Shown here piece after piece: positions 1 to 10,045 of a stretch of DNA of 64,000 bases. The stretch lies in IMG/VR virus record IMGVR_UViG_3300028373_000196; one strand, written 5' to 3'. How positions within the stretch are numbered: position 1 is the stretch's first letter; each line of letters opens with the position of its first letter. Source of the DNA: an uncultured virus (IMG/VR IMGVR_UViG_3300028373_000196). Its lineage: Duplodnaviria > Heunggongvirae > Uroviricota > Caudoviricetes. The position numbers and the translations under genes are program-made. Under the pieces are notes generated by a model, which ran no database searches, was not told the DNA's origin, and worked only from the letters and a program-made list of their open reading frames with translations.

Positions 1-3000
1 AAGCCGAAGCTGTTGTTCCTCGGTTGTTACCAATTTCGACCCTAGGAGTTTCTCTGTAACCATTTCCGCTATTTGCTACATCAATTCTGATAATCTCATA
101 GCCATTGTTTTCTGTCCACTGACTGAGCGTAGGCTGGAAGTATTCCGACACAAGATTGCTTACAGTGTCGCCGTCGAGCGTTGCCGAACTTGTTTCAATG
201 TTTTTAGTTACATTATTATACGCAGGCGGCAAATCAAAGTCAGTGGTCAAGGACCCGGTAGGTTCTGTAAATTCATAAGAACTAATATATTCTCTAACCT
301 TAGTGCTGTAAGGCTTTACTTCATTTACATAATCTTCGTAATTTTCCAAGTTGTCGTTTTGGAATGTAACTTTTTGAGTTAGCTTGCCAAGGTTGTGCTT
401 TGCTCTAACAAAGCTTGTTTTAAATGCCCAATCAATATTCGATTGCTCTGAGAATGCATATCTCATACTTGCAAAGAATAATTTATTCCACTCAACTGCT
501 AAGTCGGCATCAAACAAATCGTCTCTTAGCGCAATTAAAAGATTTCTCAATTCAGTTACTGGCTCTCTGTCATAAAACGAGTTATCATAGATAGCTGCAT
601 CAAATCCGCTTGCAGTAGAAGCGTAGTCATAAATTTTAGTTGAAAATTGTATAGTGCCGTTTTCTCTACCTATCGTCTCATAATTGTCTGTGAAATCTTG
701 GCCAGAAACATTACTGGTTTTTCTTAAAATAGTCCAGCCGCCTGTGCCAGTATTTTCAATTTTAATAGTATCTCCAATGTTAGTATCAAGGTCGTGCAGT
801 TTGTAAGTTTGAGAAACAATAATATTAATTGGCGTTAGCGAATTGTAGCCGCCGGCGTACCAATCTGCATATTCCCAGTAACGAGCTGTATCAAACGATT
901 GGTTGTTAGTTCTTGTCCAGGATTGGCTTGATACATCCCACGAATAGATTGCCCACCGGTTGCCAATTTCTACATCTGAACTAACTAATACACTAAATTT
1001 CCTAACTAATATAGTTGCAGTATCTGAGTAATTGTTTCCTTGAGATTTAATTTTAGCGCTGGTAATCTGTCCAATATTATTAATAGTTACGGTAATTGTT
1101 GCGGCTGTGCCGCTCCGGTCGCTGATTATTATTTCTGGCGCAACAGTATATCCCCTTCCAGGATTTACAATGTTAACACCGACTATACGAGTATTTTCAA
1201 TAATTGGAAGAATTTCTGCTCTCGCAGTTCTAGCAACGCTAACAAATTTCAACTGGTCAACGGTGTCCACAGTAGTATCGTATGCTCCGCTGTTAATATC
1301 CGGAATCTCGTCTTTTGACAATAAAGTGGAAAAATCCGTGTCGTCGACGACTTGATTTGCCATTAATACTTCATTGACTCTTTCAACTACTTGCTTAACA
1401 GCCTCAAGTCTGTTAACAAACATTCCCTGACGAGGAAAGTTTAGAACTCCGTAGCGTTGCTTGATTGGTAATGCAGGATCAGGAACAGAATTAGAATTTT
1501 GATCGTATCCAATTAAACTGTCAAACCACTTGGTTTCTATTTCGTTGTTGATTATACTAGTATCAAGGCCTTCAGTAACTAGCTGGTATTCTCTATGCAC
1601 ATTGGTTTGCAGAGCTGGATCTGCTGCGAAGCTGTAATGCAATACAGTGTTTGATCCTTCGACCAAGCTGCTTGAGTTGTAAATTGCAAATTTATTTGTA
1701 TCAAGAGGTGCTACAAAACGGTAACCGGATGATGCAGGATCTCTAATAAGTCCTGCAACGTCAATTGCGCTCAGTCTTCTCGAAGACAAGCTAGGAACCA
1801 GTCTGTTATTTCTAACCCAGTAAAAATACTTTAGTGCAAAAGATCTCGAAACTCTATCATAAACTCTTTTTGAGCTGTATACGCTATTTCCATAAAGAGA
1901 TATTCCACTAACTCCTTGTGCAAAACCTTCGTTGGTATCGGATATAGCATTCCATTCTGTTGGAAGTAATTTACTGCCAACCCACTCGTATACATCAACT
2001 GAAGACCCTGCTGTGAGTTTGTTCCAATTGTTTGCTCTATATTGCGAATCGCCCTGGTACGGGTTATACCAACTTACTGAATTTAAATTCCACCAAAGCT
2101 TGCCTACATAATCTTCAGTCCAGTTAGATGCATCGTCTACAATTGCTCCGTTGATTCCGTTAGTGTTTATTGAGTAAATTGCTGGATCGTAAAATGTTTT
2201 AAAATCTAATTCCTGTTCTGCAGGACCGGCGATCTTTCCTTGTCGAGGATCAATTATGTCCAAGGTTGAAATAATATCATTTTTATCTTTTGAATACACA
2301 AAGCATTGTTGTATTTTTGAAATGTCAACTTTTCCTGATTCTTCTGTGAGTAGTTCCCAACTATTGGCTGTTTTATCTGCTCGTAGATCAACAAAGACTC
2401 CAACGCCTGGCTCGTTGTTTACAAGATTTCCTTCAAAAATAGAATTTAAAGTCTCTGGTTTTAGTTTAGGAAAACCAATATAGAGATGGTTTTCAACTAG
2501 TTTAAAGTTTGAAATATTAGCTGGTAATGTATTTCTATCGTAGCTTACATCTTCGCCAAATATGAAAGAGTGTCCTATCTTTTGGAACACAGCAATTCTG
2601 CCTGTGTCTTTTTTGATATTTACAAATCTAGTTGTACCGCCGTCGACTGTTGTGCCAGACTCGTTGCTAGCAGAAGTTTGATCAAACACATATGTTGAAT
2701 ATACCGGAGAGTTAGTATTATCAAACCCTAATTGGTATTCACTAATTAGCGTAAAGAAATTATCAAAAGAAGTTGTTATTCGTGTGTCAGTGTTTTTTCC
2801 TGAAATAGCAAGCTTGTTTAACGAAAAGCTTAATCCTGTTCCAAACGCTTCGTTCTTTTCATCAAACGGGCTATTTAACACTTGTGATAATACGTATTCA
2901 GATGTATTACTCTGATTATAAATATAAACTGCTCCGGCATCAATACCGTTATCGTCGTTACGAGGAGCCGAAATAGCAATCTGGTCGCCCGAATCGTTGA

Positions 3001-6000
3001 TTGCAATAGCATAACCAAATCCTTCAGAGCTATCTTCTTCTCTGATCACAGGCATTATCGAATTATCAAAGGTTCCGTCGTCTTGCTTTCTGTAAACAGA
3101 CATTTCTTTTGTAGTGCCAACTGGCGCCGAAGTTAGTACAACATCGCCTAATTTGTTTACAGCAAAGTTCTTAACTGTATCAATGGTAACATTATTATAA
3201 ACCCAATCAGTTGTTGAATTATCAAATACATAAAGTTTACCATTATCGTCATTGCTGCCAGGTGCTCCAACAAATAGCTTAGTAACACCGTGCTCGTCAC
3301 TTTTTAATTCAATCTGATATCCAAATTGTTCATTTTCTGCAGGAACTGGGCTGAAGATAGTTGCAGTATTACGATATGTAGCATCTTGTATTCTGCTGTA
3401 TATAAACACTGCTCCTTGAGCAGATGGTCCGGCTGTTGAATCATCAATTCTTGTTGCGCCCGGTGCACCGACTGCAATAATGTCGCCTGTTATACTAATT
3501 GCTACATCAAACCCATAAAGGCTGTTTGATAATATTTCATCAGTTGCTGTGATTCCCTGTAATAATATGCTTGGAGAATTTTCAGAGAATCTTCTATAAA
3601 TCCGCGTAACCGGATCAGTATCTTGATTTGGAGATCCAATGACAAGTATGCTGTTGGATTCCGATGCAGCGAAACTTGATGCGTATCCGGTTTCGCTACC
3701 GGTTGGGTTTACTAACTCGTTGTGCAATGAGAAAATATTACTATTTTCGTAAACTCCCCACTTTCCAAACTCTACATCATCAATCCAGACTGTATCATTT
3801 AAGTCAACTGTGATATCTGTGATATTTTTGTTAACATCGTCGGCGTCCTTAAAACGTCTGTTAACAAGCCTTGTGACAGCCAATGTTGTGCTATCTGTAA
3901 ATGCAGGGATAGACACTGCGGCGTCTGTTACAATTGCTACTTCGTTAAGTGACGAATATGCTACTTTGAAGAAACCGTTGATGTCTGCAATTCCAGATGT
4001 AATTCCAATTATATCGTCTTCTTTAAAGTCTACATACTCATCAAAATAAACTGTGAATCCGTTACTATTTTGTGGTTCTCTCAGTAGGTTATCTGGCAAC
4101 GAAGGAATAATGTTACTAACTTGGTAATTAGAATTAACATGTCGCAACACTGTCCAGGATTGTTTGTCGTCCTTTACCCAAATAAATTCACCAATTAATA
4201 TGTTGTCAATGGAAAGATTAAGAATTTGATCGCGACCAACTGAAAGATAGGATACATCCTTGTCTCTTACATATCCGCTGTCTTTGGTATAATTTTCTGT
4301 TCCCGATAGTTCAGTAAACAAATTAGCATGGTCATAATTATTTGGCTTAATGTAAGTTTGGTATGGAGCAATTTCATAAACAAGGTCAGTTCTAGACGCC
4401 GAGATGCTATTTACTAATTCTATTAATTGTGGCTCTAATCGATACTTGCTTTCTTCGAGATTGTATTCAACCTCGGATACATTCTCGACTGCGCCATACT
4501 GTCCTACTCTAATTGCCCATTCTTCAAAAAACTCAAGACTATCTTTGTTAGCAGAACTAAGCGCATCAAACAACTTAGTAAGTGCATTTTTGGTTCCTTT
4601 ATCCTGAATAAATCCTTGATAAAATTTGTACTGGCTGACGCTGTCTGAAATAATGTTAGCAAGATATTCTCGTTTTTGATAACCAATTAAGTGTTGCCCA
4701 AGGCGTTGTTGCTCACTGTCAAAGTTGTCAGTATCAAGGCTGTAGAAGTCTGTAAATTGGTTTACTCTATAATCCCAGTTAGGAAGTAGTTCTGGCTCGG
4801 GCCTTTTTGCAAGAATATTCCAGTAGTTAGCATCAAAGAAATCTGTGGCAGTGTGCTTTAAATTAGCTGCATAGAAAAATTCCTTGTATTTAACCACGTC
4901 ACCGATTGCATAATCTGTCCACTCTTTCCAAAGTGTAACTTTTGCTTTATCGTATATAAATCCAGGTGCATTTAGGCCGCCGGTCCAGTCAGCAGTTCTG
5001 TAACCTACAACTTTAATACGTTCTTGACGGTATCCTGTTTTTTTATCAAAGATAGTATCATTGAAAACAGTGGTGTTGTCAACTAGTATAATGTGTTCTT
5101 TTTGAACAAGTGGTAATTTAACTAGGAAAATACCATCCTCGGAATTAACTGGCTTAACACCAAATTCATTAGAATTGCTTCTAAATATATTTGTAAATTC
5201 CTTGCCAATGCGAGTTCCGTTGCCGGTTAGCAGATTATAATCGTAGAAGCTGTCGTGTACATTATCGACTACAAAGTACTCTCTTTCAAAAGAAACTTTA
5301 TTTGCGACAGGGCTAACTGTTAACACAGTTCCGTTGTCCCAATTTTGAGTTACCCAAAACATAAATTCTTGGATGCAAAGTTTCATATCTTCGACAGCAG
5401 ATGTATCTTGATTAAAGAAATCAAATATAAAGCCTTGATTAATAAGATGATTTTCATACCCTGACATAAAGTCAACAACTTCTTGTACACTCGATAACAG
5501 TGTGCCATATGAAAAACTTGTTAGCGTGTCTTGAAATGTTTTACGCAAGCTAGCACTGATGCCGCCGACTATAGGAAGATTCGACAATACAACAAACTTA
5601 CCAGAATCAAAAGTAGTTGTGCTAGTATGGGTTATTTTTGTTCTGTAATATTTTCCTAAATATTCAACAACTGTTCCGCCAGTGTATCTTTTGTTTTCTG
5701 TCCAGTTAACAAACGATTCTGATATGCCGCCGACTGTGATTACAGGATCTGCGTTTTGCACAATAGGCTTGTTGAAGTTAAAGACTGGGTCTTCCTTATC
5801 GTATCCAGAAATAATGTATCCTAGTTCTGTCTTTTCAACGATTATGCCGCTAAGAACAACAATGTCAAGAGCATTGCTGGTAACAAATTCAATTTGGTAA
5901 TTTTCGTCTGGAACAAATAAACTTGTCTTGTTTAACGGACTTCTGCTGTCCAGCAAAAGCTTTAGCTTGGTCTTGTCTCCGTAGCCGCCAAGCTTAACTG

Positions 6001-9000
6001 CTAGCTGATTGGTAAGATTTCGTAGTTTTTCTTTGTAGTCATTGTACTTTATTTCAGTCTTAGTAACCATGTATTCTGCAATATAATTAACCAGTCCGGA
6101 CGTTAGTGCAGGAGCGCCATTTGTTGACGTACTTGGCAATACCAGACTGCTAAGATTAATTGCTTTTTGGGTATCTGTATAGATGATATTTCCGGTTATA
6201 TCTCGTTGAGTTCTGCTACAATCAAATCCTAATCCAATTATCTTTGTTGGCTGAAGTAATGCCCATGCAGTGATCAGGCTAAACGGATATTCACTGGTTC
6301 TTCTCCAGGCTGTTTCAACAGGGGACATGTCGCCGAACTTAAAACTAGACTTACTGTTAGCAAGAGAAAAGTTTTGTGCAAGGCCAGATTCCAGTGGACT
6401 CAGAAGTCTTCCAAATTCGTCTACTGGTAGAAACTTTATCAAGTTAGGTCTTTTGTATTTAGAATCTCGTATAACCGACTTGTTAGGTTCTCTGAAAATT
6501 CCTTCTTGTAGGTCGTTCCAGAGTATTCTGTTGTTGCTGGTGTAAGGGGCTGGACCATACACAGTTTTCCACCATGTTGGCATGATAGTAAATCCTAACA
6601 TTTCCCACGGGCTAGTATGAGGAGAATCTGTATCGTAATACTTCTTATAAATGCTTCTCCAAAAGCCGTCCAGTGAAATGCCGTCTAGATCATTTGTACT
6701 AGAGTAGTTGTATGTAAAAGTATTAGCCGGGTCCCAGAAGTCATGAGTTGAATAATCAACTGATCCTGAAATTTCCAACCACTGTGCAAAATCTGCAAGT
6801 ATTGCAGTATTAATATTCTGTTTTGAATATCCAGTATCTCTTGCATATCCCCCTACAAAGTCATGGATGTCAATTAAGTCTTTGTTGTTGTTACATTTAA
6901 TGTTGTTGTATATACGTGTTTCTAATTCTATAAGAAGGTCATCTCTGTAGTCATTGAATGCGATTGTTTGACTTCCGTCGTGGCCGCGAATCACCGATGT
7001 GGATTTAACGTAAGTTGAATCCGTGTAAACAGCGGGTTGGTATGCAGGGTAAAGACCTAACTTTGTTGGCGTTGGTGGAATATAAGATCCGTTGGTTGAT
7101 TCATATTCGTATATTTCAACTATATCGCCGTCATTTAGCTCGGAGGTTATGTAAACAAATCCATTAATAAATGTGTAATCTCTTTCGTGCAGCAGCTGAA
7201 TAGAGTTCTTGTAAACTCCTACAGAAAGAGATGACAATGTTGATAGAGTAAAATTGTTAGAAAGTGCAAAATATGCAGGGCCGGAATATTCAATTGTATG
7301 AATAGTTTTTGTTGCTGCACCAATACCAATCATGTCGCTAAAGAAAAATGGCATGTTTGGTTTTTTGTCTTTTGAGATTCTTGACAGAATTAAGTCAACA
7401 TGATCTTTGATGTTTCCGTCAAACCCGGTTGTTAATGATTCGTTGATAAAAGTTCTTTTAAATTTAGCATATTCCCGTCTGGCATATTTCAAGGACTTGA
7501 TTATGTTTGCGTCTTTGTCTGTTATATGGTATAGTGCCAGATTTACAGGGCCGCTGTGCTGAACAAACTTTTTACCATATTCTGTAATAGAGCCCAGGTC
7601 ACGCAGGTTACTAAATCCTGGAAAAATTCCAGAAAATCCTGTTATGTCTTCTACAATACTATCTAGGTGGTCGTTGACCTGACCTAGTGTAAAATCTGTT
7701 ATGTTTTCATTTAATGGATTTTTCTCAAAATTGATTGGAATTTCGTAAAAGCCATTGTTGTTTTTAGGAGTTTTACTGTAGCACTTGAGTAACACTAGGT
7801 CGTCTACAGTTATGTCATCTGCAAAAACAACTGTTGCTGTGCCGCTCTCATTTTCAATTGTGTAGTCACTACCAATGGACTTTCTAATACTGTTAACGTA
7901 TACGCTTACACGAAGATCAGTTAATGTTCCGCTATTGTCAAAAACGTCAACTGCAAAATTATTTAATTGAGTATCAATATTATACTGCCTAACAACCGGT
8001 TGTTGGCTGTTTTTTACAGCCTTTTTCCATGCATTTTGATATACCGCATTATCGTTAGTGCTGTTGTAGTTTTTAAGATATCCTGTATCAGTAGAAAGTG
8101 TCAGTGGATTATTTAAAGAATCTTGATAAACAAAGTCGTCATTGAGTAAATTAAAGTCAAAAACTATGTCTCCGACGTTTGCAATGTTTTTATACGTAAG
8201 TGGGAATCCTAGCTCAGGATCATTGGCGCCATTGCCAATTCTGTAGCTAAAAATTTTGTTACCAACAAAACTGTTTGCAGGATAAATCATAGTGTCAGTA
8301 AAACTAATTTCATTGTTGTTATACAAGTCAAACAACGGAGATTGATTTACACCTGTTTTTTCTTGTGACAAGAACCACTTTTCTCCGTCAAAGTAAAACA
8401 TTTTTCCTCTGTGGTCAACTCCGGACAACACTAGCACAACTTCATTAATTTTTGGAGTTGTTTCGTTAATTTCTATTAAACTAATTTGTTTTGTACCGTT
8501 GTGTAAAATAAAGTTGACTTCGTAAATTTTTCCATTCACAGTACTGTCGTTGTCTGCTGTAAACAAAATGCGATGGCCGTCAACTAGGTTAACGTTGTCA
8601 ATATAATAGCCAACACTTCCTTCAATAGTCGAAAACACATCGGTTGTAAATGTGTCAACAAGGTCAACATTTAATTTTGCTTTTGTACCATGATTGATTA
8701 ACTTTAAACCAGCTTCGAATTCAATAATTGGCCGGCGTGCTCTTGCAGCTTCGTTTATATCCACAGGCAAGTTGTTGCATAATAAGCAAGTTTCGACAAC
8801 GTTTCTGTGGAACCATCTGTTGTATCGTGTCCAGGGGTTTCTGTCAGCGCTGGCGCGATTGATAGTAATATAATCTTTGGTTCCAGGATAACTTGTTGCG
8901 TCGTCAAATGGGTATTGGTCAAATCCAATTTCCGGATCGTCAAACGGTACTTGAAAATTACTTGTAAAGATCGACGGAACTTCGAGATCAGATTCGGACA

Positions 9001-10045
9001 CCAAACATATTTCTGAGCCAACGCCCTCAACATACCAATTGCCAGCGGCATATTTTTCAGGAGTTACAGTTCCCTGGAAGTACACCTTCATTCCATTACT
9101 TAGTTCAACATTTGTACTGGTCTTGTAAGTTTTTTTACCTATAATTTCTGCAGAAACATCAATTTTGGTATTGTCTTCAATACCAAACATCGAAAATACG
9201 CCGCTAGTATTAATATCGTTTTGGCTTATGTAATAAAGAGTGTCGGGTGCAGTCATTGAAACAGTAAACTCAATGATACCGGTCTCAACATAATCAGTAT
9301 CCGAAGTTACGCCGTCGGTGTAAAGGGTACTTGTGTTGGTAAAGTCAGTGTCGCTGGTTAAGTCGTTGTCTGTGAAGTTTCTTAATACTGCAATAGCAAT
9401 TGGATGACCAGGAGTGTTGATTTCAAAACGGTACGTTTGACCTCTGTACAACTTTAAATTTGGATTTCTAGTAAACCCGTTTGGAGTAAATACGTAGGCA
9501 AAATTGTCGCCGTCGTCTGCCAACGTAACGGTATACGTGCTAACAACTTTGTCGGATTGTCCTGCAATTGCAACGGGCACAGGGCCAGTAGGTAGCCAAT
9601 AATATTCGCGGAAATTTACAAACTTATCCCAATCAATGTGTGGGTTCCAGGCATAAAATTCCTGACTGTTAATCAAACTGTGGTTATCAACTGTGCCTTT
9701 GAAGTTTTTTAACTGAGCAATATAGTCATTGTAGTTCTTTAAGAATCCAACATTTTGAAGTTCGTCTTTGTAAACTGCAACTGGTTCAAACTGATAATTT
9801 TCTCTGTTAGCAGTAAAGTCTTGCAAAAAGTTGTCAGTAGGTTTTGTAGCTTTTGCATATCGATGTCCTGCATAAGCATCAATTTTTTCAACTACTCCAG
9901 GATTGATCATTTGATCAATTGTGCTGTTTATAAACTTTTTATTGGTATCTGTTCTAAAATATTTTGGTAAGAAGTTGCTAGCACTTTGGTCAACACGGTT
10001 GCCAACTGGCAATGAAAAGTCTTCTTGGTCTTTGTTGTATGCCAT
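1..10045 (-). CDS. Giant virion structural protein (baseplate wedge/tail-associated), >3348 aa, 3' end beyond the window
   Basis: Absent from the ORF track because no stop is reached in the window. ATG at 10045 overlaps the upstream TAA (TAATG). Reads MAYNKDQEDFSLPVGNRVDQSASNFLPKYFRTDTNKKF...WDKFVNFREYYWLPTGP; the same frame is still coding near base 1 (KTSFVRAKHNLGKL...VKPYSTKVREY...GNNRGTTASA). FG-GAP-like segments near 2800-3700. Frame checked at both ends and at spots, not codon by codon. Confidence 0.85.
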   Translation of the reverse strand, partial: MAYNKDQEDFSLPVGNRVDQSASNFLPKYFRTDTNKKFINSTIDQMINPGVVEKIDAYAGHRYAKATKPTDNFLQDFTANRENYQFEPVAVYKDELQNVGFLKNYNDYIAQLKNFKGTVDNHSLINSQEFYAWNPHIDWDKFVNFREYYWLPTGPVPVAIAGQSDKVVSTYTVTLADDGDNFAYVFTPNGFTRNPNLKLYRGQTYRFEINTPGHPIAIAVLRNFTDNDLTSDTDFTNTSTLYTDGVTSDTDYVETGIIEFTVSMTAPDTLYYISQNDINTSGVFSMFGIEDNTKIDVSAEIIGKKTYKTSTNVELSNGMKVYFQGTVTPEKYAAGNWYVEGVGSEICLVSESDLEVPSIFTSNFQVPFDDPEIGFDQYPFDDATSYPGTKDYITINRASADRNPWTRYNRWFHRNVVETCLLCNNLPVDINEAARARRPIIEFEAGLKLINHGTKAKLNVDLVDTFTTDVFSTIEGSVGYYIDNVNLVDGHRILFTADNDSTVNGKIYEVNFILHNGTKQISLIEINETTPKINEVVLVLSGVDHRGKMFYFDGEKWFLSQEKTGVNQSPLFDLYNNNEISFTDTMIYPANSFVGNKIFSYRIGNGANDPELGFPLTYKNIANVGDIVFDFNLLNDDFVYQDSLNNPLTLSTDTGYLKNYNSTNDNAVYQNAWKKAVKNSQQPVVRQYNIDTQLNNFAVDVFDNSGTLTDLRVSVYVNSIRKSIGSDYTIENESGTATVVFADDITVDDLVLLKCYSKTPKNNNGFYEIPINFEKNPLNENITDFTLGQVNDHLDSIVEDITGFSGIFPGFSNLRDLGSITEYGKKFVQHSGPVNLALYHITDKDANIIKSLKYARREYAKFKRTFINESLTTGFDGNIKDHVDLILSRISKDKKPNMPFFFSDMIGIGAATKTIHTIEYSGPAYFALSNNFTLSTLSSLSVGVYKNSIQLLHERDYTFINGFVYITSELNDGDIVEIYEYESTNGSYIPPTPTKLGLYPAYQPAVYTDSTYVKSTSVIRGHDGSQTIAFNDYRDDLLIELETRIYNNIKCNNNKDLIDIHDFVGGYARDTGYSKQNINTAILADFAQWLEISGSVDYSTHDFWDPANTFTYNYSSTNDLDGISLDGFWRSIYKKYYDTDSPHTSPWEMLGFTIMPTWWKTVYGPAPYTSNNRILWNDLQEGIFREPNKSVIRDSKYKRPNLIKFLPVDEFGRLLSPLESGLAQNFSLANSKSSFKFGDMSPVETAWRRTSEYPFSLITAWALLQPTKIIGLGFDCSRTQRDITGNIIYTDTQKAINLSSLVLPSTSTNGAPALTSGLVNYIAEYMVTKTEIKYNDYKEKLRNLTNQLAVKLGGYGDKTKLKLLLDSRSPLNKTSLFVPDENYQIEFVTSNALDIVVLSGIIVEKTELGYIISGYDKEDPVFNFNKPIVQNADPVITVGGISESFVNWTENKRYTGGTVVEYLGKYYRTKITHTSTTTFDSGKFVVLSNLPIVGGISASLRKTFQDTLTSFSYGTLLSSVQEVVDFMSGYENHLINQGFIFDFFNQDTSAVEDMKLCIQEFMFWVTQNWDNGTVLTVSPVANKVSFEREYFVVDNVHDSFYDYNLLTGNGTRIGKEFTNIFRSNSNEFGVKPVNSEDGIFLVKLPLVQKEHIILVDNTTVFNDTIFDKKTGYRQERIKVVGYRTADWTGGLNAPGFIYDKAKVTLWKEWTDYAIGDVVKYKEFFYAANLKHTATDFFDANYWNILAKRPEPELLPNWDYRVNQFTDFYSLDTDNFDSEQQRLGQHLIGYQKREYLANIISDSVSQYKFYQGFIQDKGTKNALTKLFDALSSANKDSLEFFEEWAIRVGQYGAVENVSEVEYNLEESKYRLEPQLIELVNSISASRTDLVYEIAPYQTYIKPNNYDHANLFTELSGTENYTKDSGYVRDKDVSYLSVGRDQILNLSIDNILIGEFIWVKDDKQSWTVLRHVNSNYQVSNIIPSLPDNLLREPQNSNGFTVYFDEYVDFKEDDIIGITSGIADINGFFKVAYSSLNEVAIVTDAAVSIPAFTDSTTLAVTRLVNRRFKDADDVNKNITDITVDLNDTVWIDDVEFGKWGVYENSNIFSLHNELVNPTGSETGYASSFAASESNSILVIGSPNQDTDPVTRIYRRFSENSPSILLQGITATDEILSNSLYGFDVAISITGDIIAVGAPGATRIDDSTAGPSAQGAVFIYSRIQDATYRNTATIFSPVPAENEQFGYQIELKSDEHGVTKLFVGAPGSNDDNGKLYVFDNSTTDWVYNNVTIDTVKNFAVNKLGDVVLTSAPVGTTKEMSVYRKQDDGTFDNSIMPVIREEDSSEGFGYAIAINDSGDQIAISAPRNDDNGIDAGAVYIYNQSNTSEYVLSQVLNSPFDEKNEAFGTGLSFSLNKLAISGKNTDTRITTSFDNFFTLISEYQLGFDNTNSPVYSTYVFDQTSASNESGTTVDGGTTRFVNIKKDTGRIAVFQKIGHSFIFGEDVSYDRNTLPANISNFKLVENHLYIGFPKLKPETLNSIFEGNLVNNEPGVGVFVDLRADKTANSWELLTEESGKVDISKIQQCFVYSKDKNDIISTLDIIDPRQGKIAGPAEQELDFKTFYDPAIYSINTNGINGAIVDDASNWTEDYVGKLWWNLNSVSWYNPYQGDSQYRANNWNKLTAGSSVDVYEWVGSKLLPTEWNAISDTNEGFAQGVSGISLYGNSVYSSKRVYDRVSRSFALKYFYWVRNNRLVPSLSSRRLSAIDVAGLIRDPASSGYRFVAPLDTNKFAIYNSSSLVEGSNTVLHYSFAADPALQTNVHREYQLVTEGLDTSIINNEIETKWFDSLIGYDQNSNSVPDPALPIKQRYGVLNFPRQGMFVNRLEAVKQVVERVNEVLMANQVVDDTDFSTLLSKDEIPDINSGAYDTTVDTVDQLKFVSVARTARAEILPIIENTRIVGVNIVNPGRGYTVAPEIIISDRSGTAATITVTINNIGQITSAKIKSQGNNYSDTATILVRKFSVLVSSDVEIGNRWAIYSWDVSSQSWTRTNNQSFDTARYWEYADWYAGGYNSLTPINIIVSQTYKLHDLDTNIGDTIKIENTGTGGWTILRKTSNVSGQDFTDNYETIGRENGTIQFSTKIYDYASTASGFDAAIYDNSFYDREPVTELRNLLIALRDDLFDADLAVEWNKLFFASMRYAFSEQSNIDWAFKTSFVRAKHNLGKLTQKVTFQNDNLENYEDYVNEVKPYSTKVREYISSYEFTEPTGSLTTDFDLPPAYNNVTKNIETSSATLDGDTVSNLVSEYFQPTLSQWTENNGYEIIRIDVANSGNGYRETPRVEIGNNRGTTASA

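Noticed and set aside
384..9970. Short ORFs listed for the first 10 kb
   Set aside because: All lie within or opposite the giant minus-strand gene.
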